Part shown: positions 61,676-64,000 of the stretch, piece after piece | Numbering within the stretch: position 1 is the stretch's first letter | Layout: each line of letters begins with the position of its first letter | DNA from: Eledone cirrhosa | Lineage: Eukaryota | Reading direction: 5' to 3' | Length of the DNA: 64,000 bases | Assembly (NCBI GenBank): GCA_964016885.1 | Contig: OZ024742.1 | Location: 125,984,001 to 126,048,000, forward strand | The notes under the pieces: generated by a model | The model's input: only the letters and a program-made list of their open reading frames with translations | Database searches by the model: none | Told to the model about the DNA's origin: nothing | Translations under genes and position numbers: made by a program

Positions 61676-63269
61676 CTAAAAACAAAACATAAAATCTACA
61701 TATAAAATCAATATATTTTCCAATAAAGCAAGTTGCACCCACTTGGTTAGAAAGGCTGGTTTCCTCCCAAAAAATTATTTCATTATTTTTGAGCTTCTTT
61801 TTATTTTATTTTATTTTATTTTGCAATGTTTTGGTCAATTTCTTTTCCTTTCTTTCTTTCTAGTTATATATATATTTATGACAAATGACAATTCACAAGA
61901 AAAAAACATGTGAGGTATCCTTAACTCTTCTTCCCAGGAGTAAAGAACGTAGACAGGCAAAATATTTACCCCTAACCTTGAATATGCTCTCAGTTAAGAG
62001 GCAAAATGGCTGAATAAATAAAAAAACCAGGACTACTTTCTCAGGGGTCATCAATTTCACTTGTGTCACAAGCATTTGGGCTAGATCTCTGATATAAGGA
62101 TAACTTTTTCCTTTCTTTATGGCAATCTCAGAGGCCCTGAAACAGGTCATGGGCATTGCCCTTTCTTCTAACTAATTCAATTTTATCATAAGACTAAAGG
62201 AAAAGAAAATGCAATGGAGTGGCTGAAATGATACAGCCATGTCTTACAGTGCTGAAGTATATAACTGGTAATTAAAATAAATTATTCTCAATCATTGAAA
62301 TACTTTAAAACTATTTTTTATTTTTTTAACAAAAATAGTAGTTAATAGTTTTATCATTAATTGTATACAACTGAAAAAATAGCTTGTTGAAGATTAACTA
62401 CAAGGTTAAAGAAACAAAAAGGTCTTCCTATAATATTTCAGAAAAATCTGCTGTTCAGTCAAATTTAGAGACAATAAAACAAACAGAAATATCATGTTCA
62501 TTTAATATCAATTACAGAAATATTAAGAACAGATTGAGACATGGAAATGGGATGGGCAATGTCTAATTAAAGTAATATCTTCAGTATAATTTATAAATTA
62601 ATTGAATTAATTTGAAACCTGGGGATATTAAGTTTAGGATACCAAATTCATCAGTTATACTTCAGCAAAGATTAAGACATTTAGTATGGAAAAAGTGGGA
62701 GGGCAAGTAAATCAAGCAAAAAACATATTTACTTGACCTTTTTTTTATGTTAGAGATGGCTTCAGTTTCCATGAACCTAGATAGTAGTTTATTTCATAAT
62801 TGTCATATTCTAAACAGAATTGGTAACTACACAGAAATGTCCAATCTGGTAAATGTTAGCAAAAATAAATTCCAAAACATTGCAAAAGCATTAGTATTAA
62901 ACCACATATGTTAGTATAACTATACCATTAATGTACATGGAACAAACTCTCACTACTATCATGACTGCTGATAACATACAAAGAATATGTGTATCAAACT
63001 ATGAACAACCACCATCTACTGAAGTAAAGTTTTATAACAGTTTCTATTGGTTATTAGGGATAATAAATACAACACTAGCAACTAGGAAAAGACAAAATGA
63101 ACTTTAGGAAACCCTCTCAATGTAGTTGTCACTTAAATCAAATTTGATAAAGGCAGTAACTTCTCAAATTAAACAATTTTGTTTTTAGAATTCAACCTTT
63201 CAATTATTGCAAGATACAGCTGTCCATTTTTCATTTTAACCATAGTGGTCATGATGGTGACATGACAAA

Positions 63270-63492
63270 AAGCACCCAATCCACCCAGTAAGGTAGTTGA
63301 GCTGGTGCCATGAAAAAAAGCACTGAGTCTATGCTGCAAATGTGGTTGACATTAGGAAGGGCATCCAGCCAAAGAAACCAAACCAGAAACAGTTCTGTAT
63401 GAGCAAGACAGTCATCTGATCTAACTTGTCTCACAATGGGACAACTCATGCTAGCTTGGAAAAATTAATGTTAAACAGTGATGACAATGATG
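63270..63492 (+). mobile_element. RTE 3'-UTR-derived short repeat; other copies at ~32460-32625, ~53745-53960 (-), ~39420-39625 (-), ~44730-44950 (-)
   Basis: TTAGGAAGGGCATCCAGC..CATGCTAGC..GTTAAA..(GAT)n shared with the RTE LINE 3' end. Confidence 0.7.
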
Positions 63493-64000
63493 AAAGAATC
63501 TTGAAAATCATCAGACAGTTCTTACTGCTATGTTGACTAGTAGTAAGGTAACACATGGTTGTTTAAAACCCACAACAAATGTGTTTAACTTTACACACAA
63601 CACTGATTGCAATGAAGAAGTTCATCCAATAATAGTTAAATAAGTAAATATTTAGGGGAAAAATTTTTTTTTTTTAAATTAATAAACAGCTACCAGGAAG
63701 GCAATCATTCCTAAGACTATGATAAGGGTTAAAAAATGTCTTGAAACTAGAATAAAATCTGACACTTCCTTAATACAATTCAGTAAGTAAATAAAAATGT
63801 TATTTGCAGTCATTCAATTTATATTGGCAATCTTGACACATAAAAAAACTCTGAACTATAACCAAACATCCAAATTTGAGGGACAGTAATGTTATATTAC
63901 TAATATCTACAAATATAATCTTTTGATTTGCACAGATTAGTCATAGATTTCAGTTGATTTAGTAACGCAAGTCATCTACAAATACACCCAATTGAAAGAA

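Overview
AT-rich, repeat-dense animal genomic DNA. The SINE families, the (TA)n/(CA)n load and the element mix suggest an octopod cephalopod, but this is inference. One intact host gene is readable: UXS1 (UDP-glucuronate decarboxylase / UDP-xylose synthase) on the minus strand. Nine well-supported coding exons lie between 58459 and the stop codon at 34099, with one probable and one possible further upstream exon; the first exon(s) are probably beyond the right edge of the window. The rest is mostly mobile DNA and tandem repeats: R4/Dong-type and CRE-type RLE LINEs, a Tx1/L1-like LINE, RTE LINEs, Penelope-like elements, two tRNA-derived SINE families, and a mariner containing a hAT that itself contains a minisatellite. 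The most notable observations are: (i) several sequence-unrelated minimal type I hammerhead ribozymes with palindromic stem-III loops, lying in Penelope-type inverted repeats; (ii) a ~550-bp direct duplication flanking a 5'-truncated Dong-like LINE; (iii) a TSD-bounded composite SINE with a structured, covarying 3' tail; (iv) a decayed very-large-GTPase (GVIN1/URGCP-like) pseudogene that the ORF track misses. Most long ORFs in the track are low-complexity artefacts.
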